Assembly (NCBI GenBank): GCA_002269645.1
Contig: NIVC01000042.1
Coordinates: 62,001-126,000, forward strand
DNA length: 64,000 nt
Source of the DNA: Macrostomum lignano
Lineage: Eukaryota
Direction: 5' to 3'
The notes beneath the pieces are model-generated. The model was given only the letters and a program-made list of their open reading frames with translations. It was not told where the DNA came from and made no database searches. Below are positions 29,523 to 42,900 of the stretch, piece after piece (the first letter of the stretch is position 1; the number at the start of each line of letters is the position of its first letter). The position numbers and the translations under genes are program-made.

Positions 29523-30330
29523 AGAGTGAGATTGTCAGGGGTGAGATTCTCGGTTGATTCTCACAACAAAGAAGGAAATGGTCAGGGGTGAGATTCTCGG
29601 TTGATTCTCACAACAGAGAGGGAGATTGTCAGGGGTGAGATTCTCGGCTGATTTTCACAGATAATAGGTAGATTTTCAGGGGTGAGATTCTCGGTGATTC
29701 TTACGGATAATAGGGAGATTGTCAGGGGTGAGATTCTCGGTCGATTCTCACAGACAATCGGGAGATTGTCAGGGTCGAGATTCTCGGTTGATTTTCACAA
29801 CAAAGAGGGAAATGGTCAGGGGTGAGATTCTCGGTTGATTCTCACAACAGAGAGGGAGATTGTCAGGGGTGAGATTCTCGGTTGATTCTCACAACAGAGA
29901 GGGAGATTGTCAGGGGTGAGATTCTCGATGATTCTTACGGATAATAGGGAGATTGTCAGGGGTGAGATTCTCGGTCGATTCTCACAGACAATCGGGAGAT
30001 TGTCAGGGTCGAGATTCTCGGTTGATTTTCACAACAAAGAGGGAAATGGTCAGGGGTGAGATTCTCGGTGGAATCTGACAGATAATAGGGAGATTCTCAG
30101 GAGTGAGATTCTCAGTTGGTTATCATAGATATTAGGGAGATTGTCAGGGTCGAGATTCTCGGTTGATTTTCGCAACAGAGAGCGAAATTGTCAGTGGTGA
30201 GATTCTCGGTTGATTCTCACAGATAATAGGGAGATTGTCAGGGATGAGATTCTTAGTGATTCTCACAGCGGAAGGGGATATTATCAGGGGTGAGACTCTC
30301 GGTTGATTCTCACAGCGGAGGGGGATACGT
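29523..30330. repeat. ~47-bp minisatellite CAGGGGTGAGATTCTCGGTTGATTCTCACAACAGAGAGGGAGATTGT
   Basis: Direct inspection; ~234-bp higher-order period. Confidence 0.9.
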
Positions 30331-31404
30331 CAGGCAGCTAAATGTGTCAATTTTCACACAACTCGCCACTCAAAGTAGAATAAGTCCCCAGCTGCAGTTC
30401 ACAGTGACTATACCGGTAACTTCCACAGACTAAATCTAGGTGAGCACAGCACCCTGCACCTTATCCCAAATCATTCGAGCAGAAAGTCAAAAGACTCTGC
30501 TGGGTCTTACACGGGAAGACAGCACTTCTCCACTGTCAATGTTTGCCAAACTGCAGGCCTCAAATCCTATATTAGGGATCGGCCTGGTGTCCCGGCGACT
30601 CCAGCTCTTTATTTGTCCATCAACCCTCTAGAGCGCGGCATTCGAACCTTAGCGACAAAATTTTCAATAAAGAGAGCCGCTCGTTTTTGGCCTCCCAAAA
30701 TCCCCTCGGGTCAATAAATATTCCTCCCCTTCCTCGATCGTGTTTGCAGAACTGAGTCGCCATTAGGCTTCATTTTCCTGACCGGAGACTCCATATTCAA
30801 GCCTATGCGGGGATGGATGTTAAAAAACTGGGCTCAGGTTACCTACATGATTTTGAGGGGCGCAGACTTCGAATGCTGAGATTGCCCCAACCTCCCAATT
30901 TCTCCCATATATAAAAGAATCAGAAATCAAGACGGGTTGGGACAAGACAAGTCAGAAAGCGATTTTGAGTTCTACTTGACTTGAGCCAACAAGTTTCTTT
31001 CTAATGCTCATCTTTGTCCATCAGAAACCCGGGGGGGGGGGGGAGAGGGAGGGAGAGAGGGAGAGAGAATGTCAAGACAGCATCCTACTGTCCGTTCCTC
31101 CGTCATCCCTGACCCTGAGATAATTAACCTCGGACAGCCACCCCGTGCTCCTCTGGCTCCGTCCGGATAGATTATAACTAGATTAGGCTTAATCTGTCCA
31201 ACCCGGCCAGATATTGATTGGAAATTTGAGTCCAACTGTCCAGCAGCACTTATTAACTATTGAAGCGGCGCTGCGGATCCCTTGGTGCAAGGGGGGTGCT
31301 GGTGGGAGCAGGACGGAACTGATCGGGGGAGAAATTAATGAATATTAATATTTTCTGAGAAGATCTGGCCAATTTTAAAAAAATAGCTTTGTCAAATATT
31401 TCAC

Positions 31405-32160
31405 AGGCACACTAGCACAAGGACGCACAGGCACAAGGACACAGGCACAAGAACACAGGCACAAGAACACAGGCACAAGAACACAGGCACAAGAACACAG
31501 ACACAAGCACACAGACACAAGCACAGACACAAGCACACAGGCACAAGCACACAGGCACAAGCACACAGGCACAAGCACACAGACACAAGCACACAGACAC
31601 AAGCACACAGACACAAGCACACAGGCACAAGAACACAGACACAAGAACACAGGCACAAGAACACAGACACAAGCACACAGACACAAGCACAGACACAAGC
31701 ACACAGGCACAAGCACACAGGCACAAGCACACAGACACAAGCACACAGGCACAAGCACACAGGCACAAGCACACAGGCACAAGCACACAGACACAAGCAC
31801 ATAGACACAAGGACACAGACACAAGCACACAGGCACAAGCACACAGGCACAAGCACACAGACACAAGCACACAGGCACAAGCACACAGGCACAAGAACAC
31901 AGGCACAAGGACGCACAGGCACAAGCAACACAGGCACAAGGACGCACAGGCACAAGGACGCACAGGCACAAGCACACAGGCACAAGCACACAGACACAAG
32001 CACACAGGCACAAGCACACAGACACAAGCACACAGGCACAAGCACACAGGCACAAGCACACAGACACAAGCACACAGGCACAGCACACAGGCGCAAGCAC
32101 ACAGGCACAAGCACACAGGCACAAGCACACAGGCACAAGCACACAGACACAAGCACACAG
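31405..32160. repeat. 14-bp minisatellite ACACAG(G/A)CACAAGC
   Basis: Direct inspection. Confidence 0.95.
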
Positions 32161-32626
32161 GAATAAGCGCGCATCTTCGGTAGGGTCCAGTGGAAACGAG
32201 AGCAATAATATTTGTTCATGCATGACATCCGGAGTCACCCATTAAATCACAAACACTCAGAGCCTGTTAACACTGCAGTCAAATGAGCAGTTAAACCGAA
32301 TGACTGAGGATGTACAAGGTGACGAATAATTAAGTGCAAACCATGCAATCACTCAAAATTGGCCTCGTTCCGATGGCGAGCTGTTCGACCGAGAGACGTA
32401 GGCCAGTCCCGTTTGGTACTGTATTGGATTTGAAATGGAGACGGCAAACGTATTATATACGTATTCCCACTGACACCTGAGCACGCGCTAACACAGGGTG
32501 TACATCGGCCCTGACTGTCTCATCATCGTCCAGGCATGTACACTCTCTGTGCCTTGGGGTTGGCACGACTAGCCTCTTTCCCCCTCGCTTAACCCTTCCC
32601 GAGTACCCTTGCCCCTATCTTTCCCT

Positions 32627-32761
32627 AGCTGCGCTCTGATTGGCTAGAATAGTTAAACTTCAACATCTGCAAGCTGCGCTCTGATTGGCTAGAATAGTTA
32701 AACTTCCACATCTGCAAGCTGCGCTCTGATTGGCTAGAATAGTTAAACTTCAACACCTGCA
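32627..32761. repeat. Three copies of a 45-bp unit containing CTGATTGGCTA (reverse CCAAT box)
   Basis: Direct inspection. Confidence 0.9.
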
Positions 32762-33317
32762 AGCTGCCCGGCAAGCAAATCTACAACTCAATTTTTTTCT
32801 GTCCCATGCGTGAGAACGGGGCAGTAGCCGCGGATTGCAGGAGATGGAGATTTCAGCGGTATGTTTGCCAGCAGCAGCAGCAGCAGCAGCAGCCAAGGGC
32901 CGTGGGAACGATCCTGGCAGTGGGAGGAGGGCGGAGGGGAGGCCCCCCGGGGGTCAAAGATTAAGACACGACTTTTGCATTTGCTGCTTCAATCAGTTCG
33001 AGCGGCTGTTGTGGCGGGTGGCTGCCTCACCCAGACGCAAATGGCAGATTATTGAGTCCCCAATCCCCTCCACTGCCTTCTGCAAAATCATTATGCGAAT
33101 TCCGCGATTAAGCCAACACGGAAGACACGGAATATGAAATGGCTCCGAGGAACAGAGTATTCTCAACTCGATCTTAATGCATGCACAAATCTGAATTCGT
33201 TTGAGGGGCAAAAAGATGAAAGTAAAGACATTTACACTCGTAATCCTGTTATGAGATGGGCTCTGATTGTAATACGACTACAGCGTGTAATACACTACAC
33301 CACTTTCATTTTGTAAT

Positions 33318-33467
33318 ACAACGCTTTCAGTTTGTAATAGGGCTCTTTCAGTTTGTAATAAGGCTCTTTCAGTTTGTAATACGGCGCCTACAGTTTGTAA
33401 TACGGCGCCTACAGTTTGTAATACGGCGCCTACAGTTTGTAATACGGCGCCTACAGTTTGTAATACG
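33318..33467. repeat. 21-bp minisatellite CAGTTTGTAATACGGCGCCTA (~7 copies)
   Basis: Direct inspection. Confidence 0.9.
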
Positions 33468-34901
33468 CTCCCACCGTATGGCATTGCTATTACAAATAAA
33501 TCGTACTGCGTTAAGCTGTAAAGCTTATGAATCTAAAGCAAAATAGCTCGCGGTACTTATTATCAATAAGATATTTCGCGAGAAAAGCTAATTTTTTAGT
33601 TAGGCTTAAGCTAGGCTAGTTTGCAAGTTGGAATCGCAAAAGTTCAGCCTTCTGTAGTAACAGTGAGAAGATATAAATTTATTTCCAGCAGCCACTATTG
33701 GAATTGGCCGGGGAGATATCGAGAGAGTCGATGGTGACAGAGGAGGCTGAGGCAGCGGCAATGAGCCCCCACACACAGTGCGAGTCAATTATTCAGAGAG
33801 CAACCAAATACAGCTTGTTCAATGCGCGGAATAGACAGAGTGAGACAACTAAGCTCACAATCTGCTAAGAAAGACTCAAAGCGACTTAGCTGCTATAGTA
33901 GTCAGTGGGATCTCTGTATAGTTTTGTCTCTGTATAGTACCGGAGCCGCGGTCTATGCGTAGCGCCGCTCCTCTCTGCCTTGAAAACGCGCCCTGATTAA
34001 TAATTAATTAGGACGGATTGATCACATGCCTGCGCAATAATAGCATTTGCTGCTGGTCCCATTTGCGGGAGCGCGCTTGTGGGGATAAGACAACAAGAAG
34101 TCAGTTACACTAGTTTGGTATTGTAGTATTATGCCGCTTGAATAAATGGCTAAAAAACTGGCTGATTAGAGTGCCTAACTACATATGTATGTATATGCGG
34201 TACGTATACAGGTAATTGTGGGCTCAGCCGTCTCAATTCTGTATTGAAGACCATCCCGGCCTGTCCACCTTGTAAGGGGTAGCTTTTCATTTTAATTATC
34301 AATCTACTGCAAGGTATACATCTGGCTAACTGTAAATTGACATCGTTACTGGAATCATTACTGGAATTTTCAAAATTTACGCACGCCAGCACTCACGTCA
34401 CTCACACACAAAGCATATGGTGAATGCGGCGCCTGTCTGCAGCTTGCTTTTTTAACATTCGACTTCGGACCTCCTCTTAGTATGTGTGTGAGTGCTTGCT
34501 TGCGTGCGTAAATTTTGCAAATCTAATGCTATACATGTGGCAACGTTGTGTGAAAACTTTGTCAACATTGGTTGCAAATGACAAAACTAAGTTACGTTTT
34601 AAATCAGCAGGCGCGTTACGTGAGCCACCCTGTATATGCGCGCATTTTCACATATGTACGTTACAAATATCCTTTAATTTTTGTCTTTAATTTCAGCATC
34701 GGCACACTGCAGGGACGATTTACGATTTAAAACGATTTTAAGACGATTTAAAAGGCCGCCCCCTCTTTTTGCCATGGCTGAACTTGCATATACTGCATGT
34801 AAGGGGAATCGTATAGCAATTTTGGGCTAATTATTTACAGCTTATTTTCGGCCAACCCAATTGAAGTTGGGCCAATCCGCCCGGGATAGCCTCCCCTACT
34901 T

Positions 34902-34924
34902 AAAAAATCCTGGATCCGCCACTG
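34902..34924 (-). mobile_element. Isolated hAT-type terminus (rc CAGTGGCGGATCCAGGATTTTTT)
   Basis: Resembles a common invertebrate hAT/MITE end. No partner TIR or TSD found. Confidence 0.3.
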
Positions 34925-35865
34925 GTTTTAGTAGATTAAAATATCAATAAGGATTTTTCCTGACTCGATTCCAGGACATGCTTATGCATGAGATATGAAG
35001 AATCAGAATTAGCCAATAAAAAAATCAGTATAACAAATTACATTCTAAAACAGCAGGCTTCAAATGAAATTATTCAGGCTTTTTAATTCCTAAATAAAAT
35101 TTTTATTAAAAATGGAATTTATGTACTTCAATTCTCCACCTCTGAATTTTGGAGCACTTTGCAAAATGGTCACTGCTGGTTCTGAAATCAGAATCGACAA
35201 TAAAAAAAACCCAATGACAAACCAAAACCAATGGGGAACTAATAAAACCAATAAGAATTAATAAGTTAATTCATTAATTTTTAAGACTTTTACAACAATG
35301 CCAATGTCAATGCCCAATGGATTCAGTTTTCAGAATACGGAGCTCAACGGGTTACGTTCTCGTGAGCCAAACTAACAAATATTAGCTAGAAACCACTTAA
35401 TTAAAGGTCAGTAGAATAACAATCCCTAGACTTTAGATAAAAATGTTAAACTCATTTAATTATAGCTAACAGACAATCTTTATCCCTAGATGCAACTCAT
35501 TTGTTGGTAAGCTTTCAATTTTATGATAGTTATAGTAATTTAATCTAATTTAAGGCGGCAAACTGATAGGAAAACAAAGCGTATAGTATAGTGTAGAATA
35601 GTTATTGCTAGATTGCTAACTTTAAACTTTATTAAAGTTATTTCTGTGGTGTCGTTTTCGTGTCTTGTACGTTTAAATTCTACTACTGTCATGTAAATAT
35701 TTGTGATTGTATATTAATTTGCAGTTTTTGTCTTCTGTTCTGTGAGAAAATAGACTGGAGAAAGTTAATGATAGACTAGCCGCTTGCTTTGATTTAGCGT
35801 TTACAATTCGCGCACGATTTTCTTAACATATAGGCCTAAACCTAGCAAATATCTGTGAATCTTTG

Positions 35866-38158
35866 ATGGCTGCCAATGCACAGAGAAAAAGGCGAATTGC
35901 TGTTCTTGGTAGCAAATCAGTAGGTAAGTAAAAGTTGTACTGAAATAGATTTTTTGCCAGTTTGTCTTTGATTTTGGTTTTTTAAATTTGTGTAAAAAAA
36001 TTGAAGTACCAAAATTAGCAATTATAACTTCAAATATATAGAAGCCTTTTTAATATATAAATTAGAATGGCTTGGTCATTGACATAGAATGATAAGGCAA
36101 GGGCCTAGCTAGACCTATCCCTATGCAGAATCTCCCAAATTTAAATTTGCCATCAAACTGTTTTAGCAAAAAACTGCAGCTTAGTTGACTAGTTGCAACT
36201 TATTGCAAATTATTTTACTTTAATAATTAGTTTAATCTTTTAGTTTTGTCTTTTACTTTTAGATTTTTATTTGCTTTTACTTTTCCTCCTTTTAAGGCCC
36301 CTACTTCATTGCCTTGCAGCACTTTTTTCCTTTTTGCCTTTTTCATATTCAGGAATCAATTTTGCAACTTACTTGGCCAATAGAAGATAGGTTTAGCCTT
36401 TTTATCTATAACTCAATTGGCTAATTAGTGTTGTTTATATATAGGTCTAAAATAATCTTGAATTCAATTGAATATAGCCAACCAATCAATAGTTAATCAA
36501 TAGAGGTTGGACAAGATTGAAATCTTTGGGTGGGATCAGGATTGGGAATAATTTTTTTCTTGGGATCTTGATCAGGATTGGGATTCAGGAATCAGGATTA
36601 GGTCTTTTTGTATATTATAGTTCATAGGTCAATATAAAGTTAAACAAAATTGAGCAAAAATGTCAAGATCATAAGTAAAACACAGCAAAATTGATGCAAA
36701 GTTTTGTAAACAACAAAATAATAATATAATGAGTACAGGTTAAAAAAATACATTCAAGTAATCACTAATTCTATAAATTTTTAATCAAAAGATGTGTTCC
36801 CAATTCTTGTGTTTTTTTAGGGTCAGGATCCTGGTCCTGTGGTCCGAATCCAATTTTCTTCCAACTAATCCATAAGTTTTACCCCATCTTCAATCATACA
36901 ATATGTATATTACATCAAAAATCTCTTTTGCTTTAGTCCCCTGGGACTTAAGTGCTCCTCTTGCATTGAAAATAAAAAATCTCAACTTTAGCCCCTACAA
37001 CTCCATTCATACAATAGACATGATGTCAAAAATCTCTATTGCTTCAGTCCCTAAAACTAGGGACTTAAGAGTAACCATCATAAAACCTTTGAAACTAGCA
37101 AGAGTCATTGATTTACTATTGTTCTAACCTCTTAAAAACCATTAAATTAAGGCTCTAATGATCTTTTAAGTCTCAGCTATGTAGCAGCAAATATTACTAG
37201 ATATAAAAAATACCTCCATACAAGCTATCTGTAACTTCCCATAGCCATATTCATAGCTATGGCAGAAACAAATATTAAAAATATACCTTAATGATTTATA
37301 GCTACTTTTGTCAGAATTCTTCACAACTTTGTATGTAGGGTCAAGTTTCAAGCCAGAGCGTAGTAATGTTAGTGATTAGTGATTAATGGGCCATGGTATC
37401 TCTCTCACACAGGAAAGAGCAGCCTGACTATGCGGTTCACACAGAACACTTTCTCAGAGATGTACGTTCCAACCATTGAGGACACGCTCAGCAAGGAGGT
37501 CACTTTCCGTGGCCAAAGATATGTGCTGGAAATCACAGACACTGCTGGTCAGGAGTCTGGGTCGCCAGCCTCATCCGCCCAGACTCTCAACGTCGACGGC
37601 TGGGTTCTGGTGTTCTCCACCGCCAACAGAAAGTCGTTTGAGTATCTGCGCACAGTGAGGAACTGCCTACTGGAGAGCACAGGCCACCGGACCCTGCCAA
37701 TGGTGCTCGTTGGCAACAAGGTGGACCTGGCAGCCAATGACAGGACGGTGGGCTCGGATGAGGTGACTCGACTGGCCCAGGAGTGGCAGTGCCCTGCTGT
37801 ACTCACCTCCGCGAAAACTAATCAGGTTTGTTGCTTCGTCAGATACCTGCTAAACTTTAACTTCTGTGTCTCTCGATTCCCGGTGCTTCAGCCAGCCCGC
37901 CGCCCTCCCACTTCCCGGCGCTTCAGCCAGCCCGCCACCCTCCCACTTTCCGGCGCTTCAGCCAGCCCGCCACCCTCCCACTTCCCGGCGCTTCAGCCCG
38001 CCACCCTCCCACTCTCCCATTTCTCGATGCTTCAGGCTATAATTGAAATTCGCACCGACGCATTGCAGAACGTTCAAGAAGTGTTTGACAAGTGCCTGTA
38101 CGAGGTGGAGAAGCTGAACGGCAACATTAAGCAAGAGCGCAACTGTTGCATATCGTAG
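35866..38158 (+). CDS. Rheb: Rheb-like small GTPase, 186 aa; exons 35866-35923, 37413-37825, 38069-38158
   Basis: RRIAVLGSKSVGKSSLT (G1), PTIE, DTAGQ, LVGNKVD, TSAK and CAAX CCIS*. Introns fall within the G of GKS and after NQ, positions I recall also occurring in vertebrate RHEB. Confidence 0.82.
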
Positions 38159-38341
38159 GTGATTAGGAGAACAAAAAAAATTTCCTTCTGCACTGCCATC
38201 GACATACAAAAGTCAGAGACGCGAGGACCGTTCCTTCCTGTTTTGCATATCGTAGGTGATTAGGAGAACAAAATAATTTTCCTTCTGCACTGCCATCAAC
38301 ATACAAAAGTCACAGAGACGCGAGGACCGTTCCTTCCTGTT
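38146..38341. repeat. ~97-bp tandem duplication spanning the Rheb stop codon and proximal 3' UTR
   Basis: 38146-38242 is nearly identical to 38243-38341. Confidence 0.9.
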
Positions 38342-39029
38342 ATTTTTGTCCATCTTCAGATGCCAAAAATTCCTTTTCTGACTTCAGTGTCGGCTGATTC
38401 TGTTAATTTCTTTTTTATTTTTAAACCCCCACTGGATAGACGCTAAGCTTGTCTAGACTTTTGTCTTTACTTTACATTTTTCATTATGGATAGAGATTGT
38501 ATTTTTTTCAAACTTGTACATAGTTCATCCAGTATATACTGTTTTTTGTTTTATTTTTTGTTCTTTTCGCCCATTAAGTCGATTTCTTTTTAAACAAACT
38601 GCTTGCTTTCACTAATCAGGGACAACTTCAGACGAATGCGCTGTGTTCAATAATTATACTCGTATATATCAGTACTGATCCACATTACTGCAAACAATGT
38701 AGTTGCAATTTATTGTTTATCACGGTTTTGTTGTCTGAATAATAACTATTTAGTTATATTATTGTTGTCTGAATCAATAACTATTTAGTTATATTATTTT
38801 TTGACATTACTTATACATGTAGTTGCTGTTTTTTCCTAATCTGGTGCTTGTAATTACTATCAGACATAAATATATACTGCTAGTTAAACCGTTCGTATAA
38901 CAGTTCAGGCCTTCATTATTTTTAAGATTAAAATAAATTCTGAATTTTTAAAGTGTTATTCGAGTTCGATTAAATTGCATAAAAGTAATGGCCATATAAG
39001 GTCTAAGCTGCCGGACTTTAACCTTAAAC

Positions 39030-39165
39030 TAGCTGACTGTCAAATGGCTGACAGTCAAATGGATGGCAGTCAAATAGCTGACAGTCGAATGGCTGACAGT
39101 CAAATAGCTGACAGTCAAATGGGTGACAGTCAAATAGCTGACAGTCAAATGAATGACATTCAAAT
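39030..39165. repeat. 15-bp repeat AGCTGACAGTCAAAT
   Basis: Direct inspection. Confidence 0.85.
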
Positions 39166-39966
39166 GACCATATAAAACAAGCTACAGTCAGCTGGAACAG
39201 AGATAACAAAATAATAAAAGCTAAGCTGTGCTATAGGGGACTGTGGGGTACGTCAGAAACTAATCAGATATTATCAGGCGACCTGCAGTGCCATTTAAAC
39301 GAACCCTAAAAACCGCGACACCAACAGGTTTTGAATTTTGTTTGACTACGAGTATTTAAAAAACCGGACAAACAAAGCAGCTCAGTGCTCAGCAACAGTA
39401 TATTCTTGCAAACGAACTTGATACGTTTGCCTTAATTTAAGTGGGATAAAAAACAGTAATAAGAGCTGCCATTCAATGCGACAATATAACAACATAAAGC
39501 GCCTCTAACACGGATATATAAGACACAACACAAACTGGTTTATTAATAATACAAATTAATGAAAATGAAAAAGCGTACAGGTGCGGACATTGCTAAATAA
39601 TTTATATTTAATTAATAACGAAACTAAAGATAGAAAATGGTGTAATAAGAACAAGATACATGCAATCGATACGCTACTACTAGAAACAGTTATACATGCA
39701 TGGCACTTACTACACTACTGACCAGTAGACAGCGAGGGAAATTATGAGAACAAAAAGTTGGATAAATACACAACGAATTAACCATTCACGATTTCAATAA
39801 CCAGCGATATTAAACAGCTGATAGAAGCAAAAATTTTTTTCGGAGTAATGAATGTACACGCACAAGATCATCTTGATTAGCCAGTAGGAACAATAAGCAA
39901 AACAGAAACATTGCGATAAAAGCAGTTTCTTGTCTTTCAAGTTTTTTTCAATTGAGAGCTTCGCGC

Positions 39967-42900
39967 CTAGACTTTGCTAGGGGTTGCCTGCTGCTGCTGC
40001 TGCTGCGGAGGCTGTCCATGGACCAGCGGCTCCTGCATTGTGTCCGGATAGGCGCTCAGGTCCAGGGTGAACACGCGTGATACCAGACAGCTATTGTCAT
40101 TGTCCGGACAGATACCAATTAAAGCGTCAGATCGGCCGTAGAATTCTTCTTTAAGCGAGATGACAATAACTTGGCACTGGGTGGAGGCGTACTCCTTGAT
40201 GAAGGAGGCCACCTTGCCTGCCGGGAGACAGAGCGGTATATGTTACTCAGATTAGGTAAACAGCTGGAGTAACTATTGCATTAGTTTACACGAAAATGCC
40301 TCGTCATCTTATTAGTACTTTACTGTAAGGTAAACGGCCGGAGCAACTATGGCGTTGCTTTAATAGAATAGTGCTTCGCCGTCTTATTAGTTAAACAAAT
40401 TGGGTAAACTCTCATATAATTAGTACACAGAGCACTACTAACCAATATTAGTGTTGTCAAGAGCCGCGTCAACCTCGTCCAGGAAGAAGAACGGAGCCGG
40501 ATTATACTTGTGCATAGCGAATAGTAGAGCCAATGAGGCCAGGGTTTTCTCGCCGCCAGACAGGGAGTCCATCTGTTGGAAACGTTTGCCAGGCGCAACG
40601 CATTGGAACTGCACCTCGTCTAGGTAGGGCTCTTCCATGTTGCTAGGCAGCAAGGAGGCCTGGGCGCCGGAGTTGCGGCTGAGAGATTTGTACAGCGGAT
40701 CGATGCTGTCCGCCAGGCTATTGAAGCAGGTCATAAATCGTTCGTAGCGGCGACGCTTGATGCTTTCGAATGTGGCTTTGGCCCGTTTGGCTTTCTTGCG
40801 CGCCTCCTCGAAGCCGAGTTCGGTTTCTCGCAGCTCGGCCTCTACGGTGGTCAGCTTGTCGCTGGCCCGGAGATTCGGCACGCCGGCAAAATTCTGCAGC
40901 TGCGCGCCCAGCGTGTCCACCTGGGGTTGGTTGCATGTGAATGCTTCTTATTGGCCTTTATTGTACACCTTAGCATCAGGTGACCCTGAATCTTATAACA
41001 CTGAACCTGGATACTAACAAGCGACCCAGGATATCCTAAAAAGCGACCCTGGATTGTAATAAGCGACCCTGGATTGTAATAAGCGACCCTGGATTGTAAT
41101 AAGCGACCCTGGATTGTAATAAGCGACCCTGGATTGTAATAAGCGACCCTGGATTGTAATAAGCGACCCTGGATCCTAATAAGCGACCCTGGATCCTAAA
41201 AAGCGACCCTCGATCCTAACAAGCGACCCTGGATCGTAATAGCGACCCTGGATCCTAAAAGTGACTTTAGATCTTAAGAAGTAGCCCTGGATCCTAACAA
41301 GCGATCCTGGATCTTAAAAAGCGACCCTTGGTCCCAACAAGCGACCCTAAATCCTAACAAGCGACCATGGATCCTAACAAGCATCCCTGGATTCTAATAA
41401 GCGACCAGAAGACCCTGGATCTTAATAAGTGATCCTGGACTGGATTAATTATACTATATAATTTATTATAATTATAATAAGCAAAACTGGATCCTAAAAA
41501 GCGACCCTGGATCTTAATAAGCGATCCTGGACCTTAATAAGCGACCCTGGACCCCAATTAGCGATCATAGAAGATTATAATAAGCAACACTGGATCCTAA
41601 AAAGCGATCTGAGATCGTAATTACGCAATCCTCGCAAGGGAACCTGCAGCCCTTCAAGCGGAATAAGCAAATAAACAGCAAGTGATATACTGAGCCACCA
41701 GCTCGCACCTCTTTCCTGAGACTGTCGGCTTTAGACTGGATAACTTTGGGATCTTCAAATTTGCGCAACGATTTGTCCAGGCCGCGAAAATCAATAACGA
41801 TGCCCTCCTCCTTGGCGTAAATAGTCTGGGACTCGGCCTGCACATTCTCCTCGTCGTATTCGTCTTCGATGTCGTCCATCGAGCCCTGGCGCAACGGCAG
41901 CTCAAGACCGTCCATCTTGGCCTGACGAAGCAGCGAATGCCGTTGAGAGCGCTTGGTCTCTAGGCGAGATTCGCACTGGGTGAGCTCCTTCTGGCATCGG
42001 GTGATCTCCTTTTGTTTTAGGCCGAGACGGCGGCGAACTTCGCCTGTGGAAGATGGGGGCCAGTGCAATTGCTTGCTTTGATTTGAGTGTCAAGAATGCA
42101 TTTTCACATCGCCCTGTCAACCATATCTCATCACTAATAGCTGACTCACTAATATTTATCTCTATCTCATCTCAGCTCATCAATTTTATCTCATCCCCAT
42201 GTCACTAATCTTATCTCATTCCAATCTCATTTCTCACCCCATTAATCTCATCTCATCTCACCTCACCAATTTCATCTCAACTTACCAATCTCAACTCACC
42301 CCACCAATCTTATCTCACCCCAAAAATCTCATCTCACCCTAGAAATCGTATCTCACCTTAAAATCTCATTTCACCCCCCCCCAAGTTCATGTCACACAAC
42401 AATCTTATGGTGGATATGGACACCCCCTTAAGAACTCACCAAACTCTTCCTCGAGCTTCTCCAGCTGAGACCGGCTGGTCTTGAGCTTAGACTCGCTAGT
42501 CTTCTTCTTCGCCTCCTCCTGTTCAATCTGCTCTTTGAGTTTCTGCTCCTCAGCTCGCAGAGACTCCATCTGTCCCCGTTCCTCTTGCAGAAGCTCCTCC
42601 CAGCGCCTGATAGCGGCCTCGGTGTCGCGGGACCGCTCGTACTCCAGCTGGTTAGTGAGCTTCTGGATCTGCTGCTGATACTCCATGCGACGCTTGTCCC
42701 GGTCTTGGGCCACCTGCCAACGAAGATGGGGTTGGAGGCAAAGTAGCTGATGTACTTTGGTACCTGTCACTTTTGTTATGGGCACCCATTAATAATCATA
42801 ACAATGATTTAAAAGAGGGCTGTGGGCAACCCTGGCGCAAACGCCTTCAGCTGATGAGAATTCAGCGCAGACTGCAGTGTAGAACTCGGGCACTCACCCT

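Noticed and set aside
36500-37075. Possible hAT ends and two AGTCCC..GGGACT hairpins (Helitron-like) in Rheb intron 1
   Set aside because: The TIR match is poor, there is no TSD, and no CTRR terminus lies at the expected distance.
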